NCBI GenBank assembly: GCA_041483895.1
Contig: JBGPGO010000007.1
Span: 96,001-160,000 of the forward strand
From: Fimbriimonadia bacterium
Lineage (GTDB): Bacteria; Armatimonadota; Fimbriimonadia; Fimbriimonadales; JABRVX01
Length of the DNA stretch: 64,000 nucleotides
Reading direction: 5' to 3'
Below the pieces are notes generated by a model that was not told the DNA's origin, did not search any database, and worked only from the letters and a program-made list of their open reading frames with translations. This document shows, one piece after another, positions 37,040 through 46,507 of this stretch; position 1 is the first letter of the stretch; each line of letters begins with the position of its first letter. Position numbers and translations under genes: made by a program.

Positions 37040-37357
37040 TTATTCGGCGTCTCCGAGAACGTCCTGAACCCACGAAAGACCCTTCATCATGTTGGGGAAA
37101 CCGCAACCGGTGAGGGTCAGGATCGCGGCGTGACGAATCTCCGCCGGCGAGGCCCCGGCCTCCAGCGCCTTCCGGACTTGACTATGAGTTCCGCCTTCCA
37201 GCCCGGCGGCGATAGCGATGCCTATCTTGATCAGTTGCCGCGTCTTTCCATCGAGGGGTCCCGCCGCCGAAACGGCTTTGCCGAGCGAGCCGTATGCGTC
37301 CGAGATCTCCGGATACTGTCGCATGAATTCTTTGAATTGCTTTGGTACGTTGTCCAT
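37040..37357 (-). CDS. Carboxymuconolactone decarboxylase (CMD/AhpD-like) family protein
   Basis: GPLDGKTRQLIKIGIA...HSQVRKALEAGAS..EI...GFP. Confidence 0.85.
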   Translation of the reverse strand: MDNVPKQFKEFMRQYPEISDAYGSLGKAVSAAGPLDGKTRQLIKIGIAIAAGLEGGTHSQVRKALEAGASPAEIRHAAILTLTGCGFPNMMKGLSWVQDVLGDAE

Positions 37358-37394
37358 AACTTGGGATGATACTACGCGCCAATCGGAAAAAGGG

Positions 37395-37412
37395 CTATGA
37401 TTCGCGTCACAT
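37395..37412. promoter_or_regulatory. Candidate Crp/Fnr-type site between the CMD gene and mobA
   Basis: CTATGA-ttcgcg-TCACAT, 29.5 bp from a minus-strand TAGTAT. Confidence 0.6.
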
Positions 37413-37934
37413 ATGATCGAGGCATTTCTTCTCACGGGCGGCGGAGGAAAGCGGATGGGGAGGGACAAAGCCTCGCTTCCTATCGATGGTGTTCCGATGG
37501 CGGAGCGAATTGCGTTGGCTCTCGGCGGGCTGCCTGTGACGGTCCTGGGGAGGAGCGCTATCGAGGGCTTCGACTTCCTGCCGGACGCAGAGGAGTTTCA
37601 GGGCCCGGCTGTTGCGTTGAGCCGCGCGAAGCCTAAACGGGAACTGGTTTTCGTGGTCGCTTGCGACCTGCCGCGTTTCGACGCGCGCATCGTTGCCCTA
37701 TTAGAATCCCATTTGGGCGGAAGTGAGGCAGCCGTTCCCTTGGTTGGGGGCAAGTTGCAGCCTTTGTGCGCCCTATACCGCGAGCGCGCCTTTGAACGGT
37801 TAATCGGTTGCCGTTCGATGATGGCGTGGCTGGATCGACTGAACGTCGTTGCCGTCGAAGAGAGTGAGATTTGGAAGGAAGGCATTGACCCGGCGTCCCT
37901 CCGGGGCGCCAATAAGCCGTCCGAGTTGGGCTAG
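37413..37934 (+). CDS. mobA: Molybdenum cofactor guanylyltransferase
   Basis: LTGGGGKRMGRDKA, GP, ACDLP and QPLCALY. Confidence 0.88.
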   Translation: MIEAFLLTGGGGKRMGRDKASLPIDGVPMAERIALALGGLPVTVLGRSAIEGFDFLPDAEEFQGPAVALSRAKPKRELVFVVACDLPRFDARIVALLESHLGGSEAAVPLVGGKLQPLCALYRERAFERLIGCRSMMAWLDRLNVVAVEESEIWKEGIDPASLRGANKPSELG

Positions 37935-38665
37935 CTTTGAACCGCCTCCGCCAGCGAATGTGGGTCAATGATTGCGATGTGCTTGTTGTTCGTGCTGATA
38001 ACCCGATCTTTCTGCCATCGCGACATCACGCGAATGGTCGTTTCTACCGTTGTTCCGGCCATCTCCGAAATGTCTTGGCGCGTGAGCGGGACGGCGATTT
38101 CCACGCCCGTACCAGTGTCGAGACCATACGAGTCCGCAAGAATGAGCAGCACCGCCGCGATCCGGCTTTCGACCCGGCCCGACGAAAGCCGAGACATCAT
38201 GTCGTGGGCTCGACGCAACCGGGGACCGATGGCCCGCACCACCTGATCCTTCAGCCCCGCGCTGGCCTGATAGATCGGCTGCAATATTCTTGTCGGGATT
38301 TTCAAATACCACGTGTTCGTAGCCGCTATGGCATTGAGCGGAAAGGCGCGGCCCTCGATCGCCGCGAGCAGCCCAAAACACTGGCCGGGTCCAAGCAGCT
38401 CCATCGCCACTTCCTGTCCTTTTGGAGAGTACTTTGTCATTTTCAGGAAACCCGCCCCAACAATCCCAACAACATCGGAGGGCGATCCGGCGGCCCAGAG
38501 CATCTCTCCTCGAACCGCGTAGGCCATGAACGAGTGATCGGCAAGCTCGGCCCGTTCGCGTTCCGTCAACGCATTCAGCAACGTGCATGCTTCCAAGGCC
38601 GCAAGGTTCGACGGCCTTTCCGGCACTTCACCGAAAGTGGTGCGGGCAGTTTCTCGTTTAGGCAT
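37931..38665 (-). CDS. Crp/Fnr family regulator (Dnr/HcpR-like; no FNR N-terminal Cys cluster)
   Basis: cNMP-like domain plus LTRQDISEMAGTTVETTIRVMS HTH. Confidence 0.9.
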   Translation of the reverse strand: MPKRETARTTFGEVPERPSNLAALEACTLLNALTERERAELADHSFMAYAVRGEMLWAAGSPSDVVGIVGAGFLKMTKYSPKGQEVAMELLGPGQCFGLLAAIEGRAFPLNAIAATNTWYLKIPTRILQPIYQASAGLKDQVVRAIGPRLRRAHDMMSRLSSGRVESRIAAVLLILADSYGLDTGTGVEIAVPLTRQDISEMAGTTVETTIRVMSRWQKDRVISTNNKHIAIIDPHSLAEAVQS

Positions 38666-39989
38666 GAGAGAGTCTCCTCGATCTGAGCATCGGACGCGCG
38701 ACGCACCACGCCCAAATGGCTATTGCCGTCAGTTCAATGAACCCCGTGATGCTCATTGGCGCGAACGCATGAGGAGTATAGTCGCTCGCGACCTCCAGGA
38801 CAACTCGCAGCGCATTGCCGAGATTGAGTAGTACAAATACGATCCAGAGGGACGGAGCGGCATTTTCGGTAATATCGTTCATCCGGGTGACGACGTGCAT
38901 ACTTACGCCGACGATCATCTGGGAGATGAAACCGACGGTCAGCGCGTGGCGAATCGCGCCGATAAAGGCGTGGGAGAAAGGCTGACCGATCAAGCGTAGG
39001 TGCAAGGGTTCCATCACCATAAGGAATCCGCTGACAATCAGCCAAATCATGGCCGCCCGGATGAATTTGTGCGATGGCAGCCTGGTCTCAAGCGCCTCGA
39101 ACATCCGCGTGTTTGCAACCAGCACCATCGCGCCCAACGCGATCAGCGCGCCGCCTAGGAAATAAATATTTCCTGCACCTGGCGCCATATCGCTGTCCAT
39201 GTACCGCAGCCAACCCACCATCCTGCACAGCAAGCCGCCGTTCCACAGGGCGAAGCCAATGAGCCCCATGATGCGGGACGGTTTGGCGGCGCCAAAACAG
39301 CTGTTCATCTTGACGAGGGCAACGCCGAAGATCATCATCGGCACAAAGCCTAGAAATTGCGCTTCTCGATAAGGAGGAAACCAGCGAGCGACGAACGCAA
39401 TGCTCGCGGTCGGATCCACTTGGTGCGATAGCGCAAAGTAGAACGGCTCAGCAAGCGCGACGAGCATCCACCATCCGAGCGAGGCGAAGACGAACACCGT
39501 CTGCCATGTCAGTCCTTCGCCGGATTTGTGCCGCGTAATGCCGATTGTCGCGATGAAAAGGGCAACTCCTAATGCTTGCAAAACCGACGACAGGACGCCA
39601 ACGGGCAGCCATACGGTCCGGTCGACGGCGACGAGCGGTTCGGCGGCGAAACGAAGTCCGATCCCGACGGCCAGCAGAACCAGAATCCAGGCGGCCAATC
39701 TATGGAACAACTCTGAACGTCCTATGCTCGGTGGGTGCTGCTGCAGCGCGAAACCGACGATGAAGAAGCCGACCCATCCGTAAAGCTGGGAGTTCGCATG
39801 AGCGAGGACATATGGCGTCCAAACGCTCGCCGCATAGTTGCCCCGCATTGCGATCCCGAACAGAGCCACCGCGCCCAATAGGCATCCGGCTGTGAGAGCG
39901 GCGAGCATGCCGCTGAGGAAGAACGGCCGGTAGATGGCGACGTTTGCGCGCGTATTCGGATTAATTGCCAGCGTGATGGGCGTTCTCAA
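38658..39989 (-). CDS. NnrS-like polytopic membrane protein
   Basis: YRPFF, HANSQLYGW and RHALTVGF; many TMs; start uncertain. Confidence 0.72.
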   Translation of the reverse strand: MRTPITLAINPNTRANVAIYRPFFLSGMLAALTAGCLLGAVALFGIAMRGNYAASVWTPYVLAHANSQLYGWVGFFIVGFALQQHPPSIGRSELFHRLAAWILVLLAVGIGLRFAAEPLVAVDRTVWLPVGVLSSVLQALGVALFIATIGITRHKSGEGLTWQTVFVFASLGWWMLVALAEPFYFALSHQVDPTASIAFVARWFPPYREAQFLGFVPMMIFGVALVKMNSCFGAAKPSRIMGLIGFALWNGGLLCRMVGWLRYMDSDMAPGAGNIYFLGGALIALGAMVLVANTRMFEALETRLPSHKFIRAAMIWLIVSGFLMVMEPLHLRLIGQPFSHAFIGAIRHALTVGFISQMIVGVSMHVVTRMNDITENAAPSLWIVFVLLNLGNALRVVLEVASDYTPHAFAPMSITGFIELTAIAIWAWCVARPMLRSRRLSHA

Positions 39990-40141
39990 CCGAACATGGC
40001 CTCTCTGCGCCTTTTCGCGCTAAGAACCGTCAAGCCATTGAACATCGAACAAGACTCGATGACGGCAATGTTGGCCGGCCGATCAGGCGGCAAATCGTAA
40101 ACTTCAGAATGAGTTTGCATCACACACCCCCAATCTTCATG

Positions 40142-41635
40142 TCACTTGGCCTCGGCCTGCGACTGATCCAGTGGTCCAGTCGGCTTCATCCCCCGCGTCA
40201 TTCTCAGAATTACCAAATGCATCCAAACAAGGGAAATCAGAGCCAACATACTAAGGAATGCCCAGCAGGAAGTCCAAAGGCCGCTTGACTTCAACATGTA
40301 CCCAAAGATGACGGGCAGGAAAAAGCCGCCGAGCCCGCCGATCACCCCGACCAGACCGCCAACGACCCCGACATCCTTGGGGAAATACTCTGGAATGTGC
40401 TTGTATACGGCAGCCATCCCGATTCCCATCGAGATACCGACAAGAAGCGCGAATATCGTAAAAATCCAGCGGTTCGCTTGGAAGTAAATTTGAGTCGTAC
40501 CTCGCGCGAGAACTTCCCTCCGTTTCACCGTTTCCCCAATGGAAACGACAGGTTCCTGCCATGTCTGCAACTTCGGCAAGACAAGAAGCTGGTCATCGCG
40601 AAATCTAAGCGCTTGTGGAGGCCTTAGCGAGTAGGGTTTTTCACCAACCCTGACTTCGGACGCCGATACAAATGTGACGGGTCCAGGCGAATCCGCCATC
40701 ACCCCCTCGCCAGGCGAACTGATCTCCATCCTTGGCGCCGAAAGCAATAGAAATAGGACGACGCAAAAACTTAGCACCCAATACATGGTCGTCCGCGCGC
40801 CGATCCTGTCCGAAATCCAACCGCCGAATGCACGGACCAACCCCGTGGGCAGGCTGAAACATGCCGCAAGAAATCCGGCGCCGGCAAGCGTCATGCCGTA
40901 CACGTTTAGGTAATACGGGATGAGCCATTGTGAAAGAGCCACGAAGGCACCGAACAGCACAAAGTAGTACAGCCCAAAACGCCATACTCGAATGTCGCGC
41001 AGAGGGTGCAGCATCTGGCCGATTGTCTTTTGACCGGCCCCCTCAACTCGTTTTGGGATGGCCAGCAGGGCGAACAAAATCACAGTCGCCAGCAGCGCCC
41101 CCGCATAAATCTGGGGCAGCAACCGCCATGCGTCCACGTTCTGTCCATCCCGTGTGAGCGATTTCAACAATAAGGGCGCACCAATGCTCGTCAGAGCCGC
41201 TCCAATATTGCCGACGCCAAAAATCCCAAGCGCGGTGCCCTGTCTTTCCTTGGGAAACCAGACCGATGAATAAGCAATTCCAACCGCGAAGGACGCGCCG
41301 CTCAACCCAAATGCCAATCCGCCGAGCATGAAGCCGGTGAAACTATTGGCGAAACCGGTCAAATACGCCCCAATGGCCGCAAGCAACATGACTCCAATGT
41401 AGACCGGCTTACCACCAAATCGGTCGGTGAGCATTCCAACCGGGAGGCGTAGAATCGATCCTGTCAAGACCGGTATCCCGATCAGCCAGCCCATTTGGCC
41501 CTTGTCCAAATGGAGAACCTGATGGTCAACGAGGAAGGTGATCAGCACGCCATACATTGTCCAGACGGCAAAGCAGACGGTGAACGCGAATGTGTTCATG
41601 AAGAGGACGCGATTGGCCTGGCTTCGCTGGCTCAT
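40142..41635 (-). CDS. narK: NarK-family nitrate/nitrite MFS transporter
   Basis: GSILRLPVG, GASFAVG..YSSVWFPKERQGTALGIFGVGN and GGLVGVIGGLGGF nitrate signatures. Confidence 0.9.
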   Translation of the reverse strand: MSQRSQANRVLFMNTFAFTVCFAVWTMYGVLITFLVDHQVLHLDKGQMGWLIGIPVLTGSILRLPVGMLTDRFGGKPVYIGVMLLAAIGAYLTGFANSFTGFMLGGLAFGLSGASFAVGIAYSSVWFPKERQGTALGIFGVGNIGAALTSIGAPLLLKSLTRDGQNVDAWRLLPQIYAGALLATVILFALLAIPKRVEGAGQKTIGQMLHPLRDIRVWRFGLYYFVLFGAFVALSQWLIPYYLNVYGMTLAGAGFLAACFSLPTGLVRAFGGWISDRIGARTTMYWVLSFCVVLFLLLSAPRMEISSPGEGVMADSPGPVTFVSASEVRVGEKPYSLRPPQALRFRDDQLLVLPKLQTWQEPVVSIGETVKRREVLARGTTQIYFQANRWIFTIFALLVGISMGIGMAAVYKHIPEYFPKDVGVVGGLVGVIGGLGGFFLPVIFGYMLKSSGLWTSCWAFLSMLALISLVWMHLVILRMTRGMKPTGPLDQSQAEAK

Positions 41636-41667
41636 GGCGCTATTGTCGACCCCGGCTGCAGAGACCG

Positions 41668-41802
41668 CTATGATCAAGATCATATTGCGTCGGCGGCCAT
41701 GGCAATTCGCTCAGCAGTGCGTGACGTCGGGTTGGTCACCGGTTGTCTCCTCAACCGTAGATTTGTTACTTCGCGTCGAGGCCGCTATGACGTTCGTCAT
41801 AT
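41668..41802. promoter_or_regulatory. Two candidate Crp/Fnr-type sites upstream of narK
   Basis: CTATGA-tcaaga-TCATAT at 41668-41685 and CTATGA-cgttcg-TCATAT at 41785-41802. Confidence 0.7.
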
Positions 41803-41924
41803 CTTCGAAAAGGTTCCTCAGGGACAGCACGACCGGCTTGGTAGGTACCGCCCGTTATGGTCGTTGCCTCAGCAAGCGAATCCCCAATGAGGAGACCTCG
41901 TAGTAAGGGATTGAATCAACGCTC

Positions 41925-41938
41925 CTGAAACCTTCCAG
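41925..41938. promoter_or_regulatory. LacI-type operator
   Basis: CTGAAACCTTCCAG upstream of the GH144-like gene. Confidence 0.6.
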
Positions 41939-41966
41939 TGGCACGATTTCTTTGGTAGAATGGGTC

Positions 41967-43208
41967 ATGATCGGCACAATTCTCGCGATCGCAACCTCAA
42001 GCTGCTTTTGTCAACTGCAGGGAGACGCGCTTCTCGACGACCTCTCGTACAAAGCGTTTCGCTATTTCTGGGAGCAGTCCAACGTCGCCACAGGTCTCAC
42101 GAAGGACCGGGCGGCCAACCTCACCACGACCGATGGCTACAACGTGGCCAGCATCGCCGCAACGGGTTACTCCTTGGTAGCCTACGCGATCGGCGCGGAT
42201 CGTGGCTGGATAGGGAAATCTTCCGCTCGGACCCGCGTCCGGCTCACGCTCCAATACTTGAACACCAGCGGGGCGAAAAAGAATGGCTGGTTTTACCACT
42301 TTGTCAACTGGCAGACCGGGCAGCGCGTTTGGAACAGCGAGGTTTCGTCCATCGACACGGCGATTCTGATTGCCGGAATGTTGGTTGCGGAACGATACTT
42401 CGCCGACAGCCAAATTACAGCCAGCACGAATTCGATCTTAAAAGCAATCGACTGGCATTGGATGCTGACCGACGGCGGCGCGAAGCCCAATTCGCTTACG
42501 TTCTGTCATGGATGGACGCCCGAAAGCGGTTTCATACCATATCGCTGGGACACTTATTCGGAAGAGATGATGTTGTATGTTCAAGCTTACGGCGCCTATC
42601 CGGCGTTACCGCTTGGTTGTTGGGCTGCGGTGTCAAAGCCGATGGTGACGTATGGCGGATATACTGTGATTTCCGGCGGACCGTTGTTCATGCACCAGAT
42701 GTCCCATGGATTCTTGGATATCAAGGGGATAAAGCAAGGCTCGTACGACTATTGGGAGAATAGCAGGCAGGACACCTTGGCGAGTCGCCAATATTGCATC
42801 AACAATCCAAAGCATTACACTGGCTACGGTGCGAATTTTTGGGGACTTTCCGCAGGCGATACGCCGGACGGATACATGGCGCTCGGCGCGCCAGGTTGGG
42901 GAAGCGATAACGGAACGATTATTCCGACGTCCGCGATCGCTAGCGTGATGTTCACCCCGACAGAAAGCAAGGCCGCTGCGGATTATATATACTCCTACCG
43001 GCCAGCTGCATATGGGCGATACGGCTTTAGCAACGGCATCAACCCATCGCGAAACTGGATCGATCCGGACGTGATTGGGATCGACCTTGGCATGATGCTC
43101 GTCGGCATCGCGAACTACAAGGATAATTTCGTTCACAAATGGTCGACAGCTCATCCCATCATCAAATCGGGAATCTTGCGCATGTTGTTGCTTACGAAAA
43201 AGTCGTAA
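41967..43208 (+). CDS. Secreted glucoamylase-like (GH144/DUF3131-related) glucanase
   Basis: SIAATG, GWFYHF, EVSSIDTA, WDTYSE, PLFMHQ, WGLSA and GIDLG. Confidence 0.78.
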   Translation: MIGTILAIATSSCFCQLQGDALLDDLSYKAFRYFWEQSNVATGLTKDRAANLTTTDGYNVASIAATGYSLVAYAIGADRGWIGKSSARTRVRLTLQYLNTSGAKKNGWFYHFVNWQTGQRVWNSEVSSIDTAILIAGMLVAERYFADSQITASTNSILKAIDWHWMLTDGGAKPNSLTFCHGWTPESGFIPYRWDTYSEEMMLYVQAYGAYPALPLGCWAAVSKPMVTYGGYTVISGGPLFMHQMSHGFLDIKGIKQGSYDYWENSRQDTLASRQYCINNPKHYTGYGANFWGLSAGDTPDGYMALGAPGWGSDNGTIIPTSAIASVMFTPTESKAAADYIYSYRPAAYGRYGFSNGINPSRNWIDPDVIGIDLGMMLVGIANYKDNFVHKWSTAHPIIKSGILRMLLLTKKS

Positions 43209-44066
43209 TCACTTCAGCCCGCTGGTCACGAACCCGCGGACAAAATATCTCTGACCCAGCAGGAACAGTAGGATGAGCGGCAACATCACGAGCACAGAAC
43301 CCGCCATGATTAAATGCCACTGCTCGCTGTTAAGAGTCTGATAGGATCGCAACCCTAATTCCAGCGTCTGTTTGTCAGGATCATTCAAATAGAGCAGCGG
43401 TCCAAGAAAATCGCGCCAGCTCCAGATGAAGGAGAAGAGCCCGACCGTTGCCAGCGCCGGGCCGGACAGCGGCATGATCAATCGCCAGAAGATTGTAGAA
43501 TGCGATGCGCCGTCCAGCATGGCGGCCTCTTCCAATTCGCGCGGGATGGTCGCAAAAAACTGGCGCAGCATGAAGATGTTGAACGCGCCGCCACCCAGCC
43601 AAGACGGCACGATCAGCGGATAGAACGTATCCACCCAGTGTAGATATTTGTAGAGAACATAGGTGGGAATCATCGTGACTATCCCTGGGAGCATCATGGT
43701 ACTGAGCAATAGGATGAATAAGCGATCCCTTCCTCGAAAGCGTAACCGCGCAAAGGCGTATGCCGCGAGGCTGGAAGTGATCAGTGTGCCGATCGTGGAG
43801 AGTGTGGCAATCAGAGCGCTGTTGCGGAAGAGAAGGCTAAACTTCACGTTCGGGTTGTCCAGCACTTGTCGAAAATTGTCCCACGACGCCATCTTTGGCC
43901 AAGCCCAAGCCGATGTCGTCGCAATCTCCGCCGGTGTCTTATAGGCCGTCGAGAGCATGATGTAGAATGGCACCAGCATGCCAACCGCGCCCGCGACAAG
44001 CACCAGCCACACGATAGCATGCGACGTCCGTTTCGCCGTCCGCGCTTTGCGGTCTAGAGAATTCAC
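43209..44066 (-). CDS. Carbohydrate ABC permease (MalG-like)
   Basis: IPRELEEAAMLDGA EAA motif. Confidence 0.93.
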   Translation of the reverse strand: MNSLDRKARTAKRTSHAIVWLVLVAGAVGMLVPFYIMLSTAYKTPAEIATTSAWAWPKMASWDNFRQVLDNPNVKFSLLFRNSALIATLSTIGTLITSSLAAYAFARLRFRGRDRLFILLLSTMMLPGIVTMIPTYVLYKYLHWVDTFYPLIVPSWLGGGAFNIFMLRQFFATIPRELEEAAMLDGASHSTIFWRLIMPLSGPALATVGLFSFIWSWRDFLGPLLYLNDPDKQTLELGLRSYQTLNSEQWHLIMAGSVLVMLPLILLFLLGQRYFVRGFVTSGLK

Positions 44067-46507
44067 TTCGAGTCCGCCTCATAATACACCCACTTGCTCA
44101 GTCGGAACTGCAGCAGCGTGAATATCAATATGATGACAAACAGCACCCAAGCGAGCGCGGAGGCGTACCCCATTCGAAGCCCGTCGAACGCCTGTCGGTA
44201 CAGATGCAGCATATAGAACAGCGTCGCATCGTTGGGGCCGCCGCTCGTCATCACGAACGATTGCGTGAACACTTGAAAGCTGCCAATCACTCCCGTTACC
44301 AAGCAGAAGAACAGCGCCGGGCTAAGCAACGGGATCGTAACGGCTCGGAACCGTTTCAGTGCGCCCGCTCCATCTACCACGGCCGCTTCGTAGTACTCCT
44401 GCGGAATATTCTGCAGCCCGGCCAATAGGATCACCATGCCGCCACCGATACCCCACAACGACATGATGATCAATCCGGTTAATGCCGTGCTCTCATTGCC
44501 TAACCAGTTGATCTGCTGTCCGGCAGGAGACAAAGGCCGCAAAAGCGACGCGAGTCCAAGAAAGTCGCCCTTTCCATTTGCGCCATAGATGATTGTGTTC
44601 AGCAGGCCGCCTTCCGGTTGGAAAATCCGTCTCCAGATCAGCGATGCCGCCACCACGCTCGCAAGGGATGGCAAATAGTAAACGGCGCGAAATAATGCCA
44701 TTCCTCGCACCTTCGCATTGAGCAGCAGCGCCAGCATCAGCGAGCCGAAAAGGCCAAGCGGGACGGCAACCAGGGTGTAAACGAAGGTCACTCGCAATGA
44801 AAGCCAGAACCGAGGATCGGCGGTGAGGGCATCGGCGTAGTTCGCCGCACCGCGCCATCTTGCGGGCTGAATGATGTCCCAATCGGCCATGCTCATGAAA
44901 AACGAAAGAGCCATCGGACCGAATGTGAACACAACGATCCCAATCAGCCATGGAGCGATGAACCAATACGCGCTGCGATTCTCTCGCTTCTCGCGATTGG
45001 AGTACCGCACGCCTCGCTCCGGCCAATAGACCCACAGGAGGATCCCCGACGCCAGCAAGAGCCCACCCAGGATCGCGGGCCCCCATGCAAACGGGGGAAG
45101 GCGCTCCTGTTTTCGCAGCGCGTCGAGGCGGGCCTGGGCCTCCGCGGTTCCCTCGTGCAGCGCCTGCTGTGCCGACTTCGTGCCGAGCCAGATAGTATCC
45201 AGGCGAGAAGTGAGCAATCCGTACACTTCAGGCCAAGCGTCACCCGAGGGGGCGAAGTGCACATACGGGATCGCCTCGTCCGTCACGATCCGATGTGCGG
45301 GATAGCGCATTTCAACCGGTGTGTTCGGTCCCGGAATCCAAACGTCTGATAGGGCGATGCGGCGGATCGCCGGCTGGCCCAGCCCCGACTCCGCCAGGTT
45401 CTTCATCCCTTGCGGGCCGGCGAGCCATTGGACGAGCAGCCAGGCCTCCCAAGGGTGCTGGGTTGAGCTTGCGATGGAATAGCCGGAGCCGCCGGTCGGG
45501 AATCGCCTCGTCCCATCCTTGTATGCCGGAAAAAGAGTGATGTCGTAATCGAAAAATTCCTTCGTCCCGGGCTTCAGAAACTTGCGAAGGTTGGGAACTT
45601 CCCAAATTCCGGTCTGGTACATTGCCACCTTTTGCGATACGAACAGCATGGTGGCGTTGGTCTGCATCACGCTCGACATTTCAGTCGGGCTCGGCTCAAA
45701 TCCGTACTTGAATATCAGGTCTGCCGCCAAACCGTACCCGCGCCGCATCGCGGGGCTATCGAATAGGATCTTGGTCGGGTTCTCATAATCATCGGTGAAC
45801 CTTCCTCCCAATGAAAGTGAGAAGCAGTCCGCCGTCAGGCTCGGCCATCCGGGGCTGTATCCCCACTGAATCGTTTTGCCCTCTTGGTTCTTTTTGGTGA
45901 GCTGCCGCATAACCCATAGGAAATCCTTGTCCCGCAATTCCGGCCGCACCTTATCATCCCATGTCCAGCTTCCATCCGGATACGGAATCCCCGCTTCGTC
46001 AAACAGCCGCTTGTTGTAGTAGATCAGGCCGATGGGCGCGATGTCGCGAGGAAGAACGTACAGCCGGCCTTTCCGCCGGTGCGCGCGGACGATCGGTTCA
46101 TAGTATTGTTTGATGTCGAATCCCGGTGTTTTCGCGATAAAACCGTCCAGGGGCAGCAGCGCCTTTCGCTTGGCGAATTGCTGGAACCGCTCGAAGCCCA
46201 TCATGAGGACGTCCGGTGCGACGTTGGCGGCATACTGTGCCAGCATCTTCTGCTGATACATACCGTAGTCCACGTTCTCCAGCTTCACTTTTATGTAGGG
46301 GTAGCGCTGTTCAAACTCCGCGATGGTCTTGCGTTGCACGCTCAGGGCTTGGTCGCCTTCCCAGGACGCCAATCGGAGGACGATTGGGTTCGGCGCCGCC
46401 ACTCCATGGCCAGCTGCAAGCAAGAAAAGGAGGTAGATGACAGTCAGGCGGAACACTTTGCTTCGCGCGACATACGTCACGCGATTAAGGCTGGTTCCGT
46501 GCTTCAC
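44063..46507 (-). CDS. Fused sugar solute-binding protein + MalF-like ABC permease
   Basis: N-terminal SBP (YYNKRLFDEAG..YP..WTW); C-terminal YYEAAVVDGA and TIPLLSP. Confidence 0.88.
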   Translation of the reverse strand: MKHGTSLNRVTYVARSKVFRLTVIYLLFLLAAGHGVAAPNPIVLRLASWEGDQALSVQRKTIAEFEQRYPYIKVKLENVDYGMYQQKMLAQYAANVAPDVLMMGFERFQQFAKRKALLPLDGFIAKTPGFDIKQYYEPIVRAHRRKGRLYVLPRDIAPIGLIYYNKRLFDEAGIPYPDGSWTWDDKVRPELRDKDFLWVMRQLTKKNQEGKTIQWGYSPGWPSLTADCFSLSLGGRFTDDYENPTKILFDSPAMRRGYGLAADLIFKYGFEPSPTEMSSVMQTNATMLFVSQKVAMYQTGIWEVPNLRKFLKPGTKEFFDYDITLFPAYKDGTRRFPTGGSGYSIASSTQHPWEAWLLVQWLAGPQGMKNLAESGLGQPAIRRIALSDVWIPGPNTPVEMRYPAHRIVTDEAIPYVHFAPSGDAWPEVYGLLTSRLDTIWLGTKSAQQALHEGTAEAQARLDALRKQERLPPFAWGPAILGGLLLASGILLWVYWPERGVRYSNREKRENRSAYWFIAPWLIGIVVFTFGPMALSFFMSMADWDIIQPARWRGAANYADALTADPRFWLSLRVTFVYTLVAVPLGLFGSLMLALLLNAKVRGMALFRAVYYLPSLASVVAASLIWRRIFQPEGGLLNTIIYGANGKGDFLGLASLLRPLSPAGQQINWLGNESTALTGLIIMSLWGIGGGMVILLAGLQNIPQEYYEAAVVDGAGALKRFRAVTIPLLSPALFFCLVTGVIGSFQVFTQSFVMTSGGPNDATLFYMLHLYRQAFDGLRMGYASALAWVLFVIILIFTLLQFRLSKWVYYEADSK

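Noticed and set aside
40109..40124. Fifth Crp/Fnr-type site upstream of nnrS
   Set aside because: The spacing is TGA-N7-TCA, not N6.
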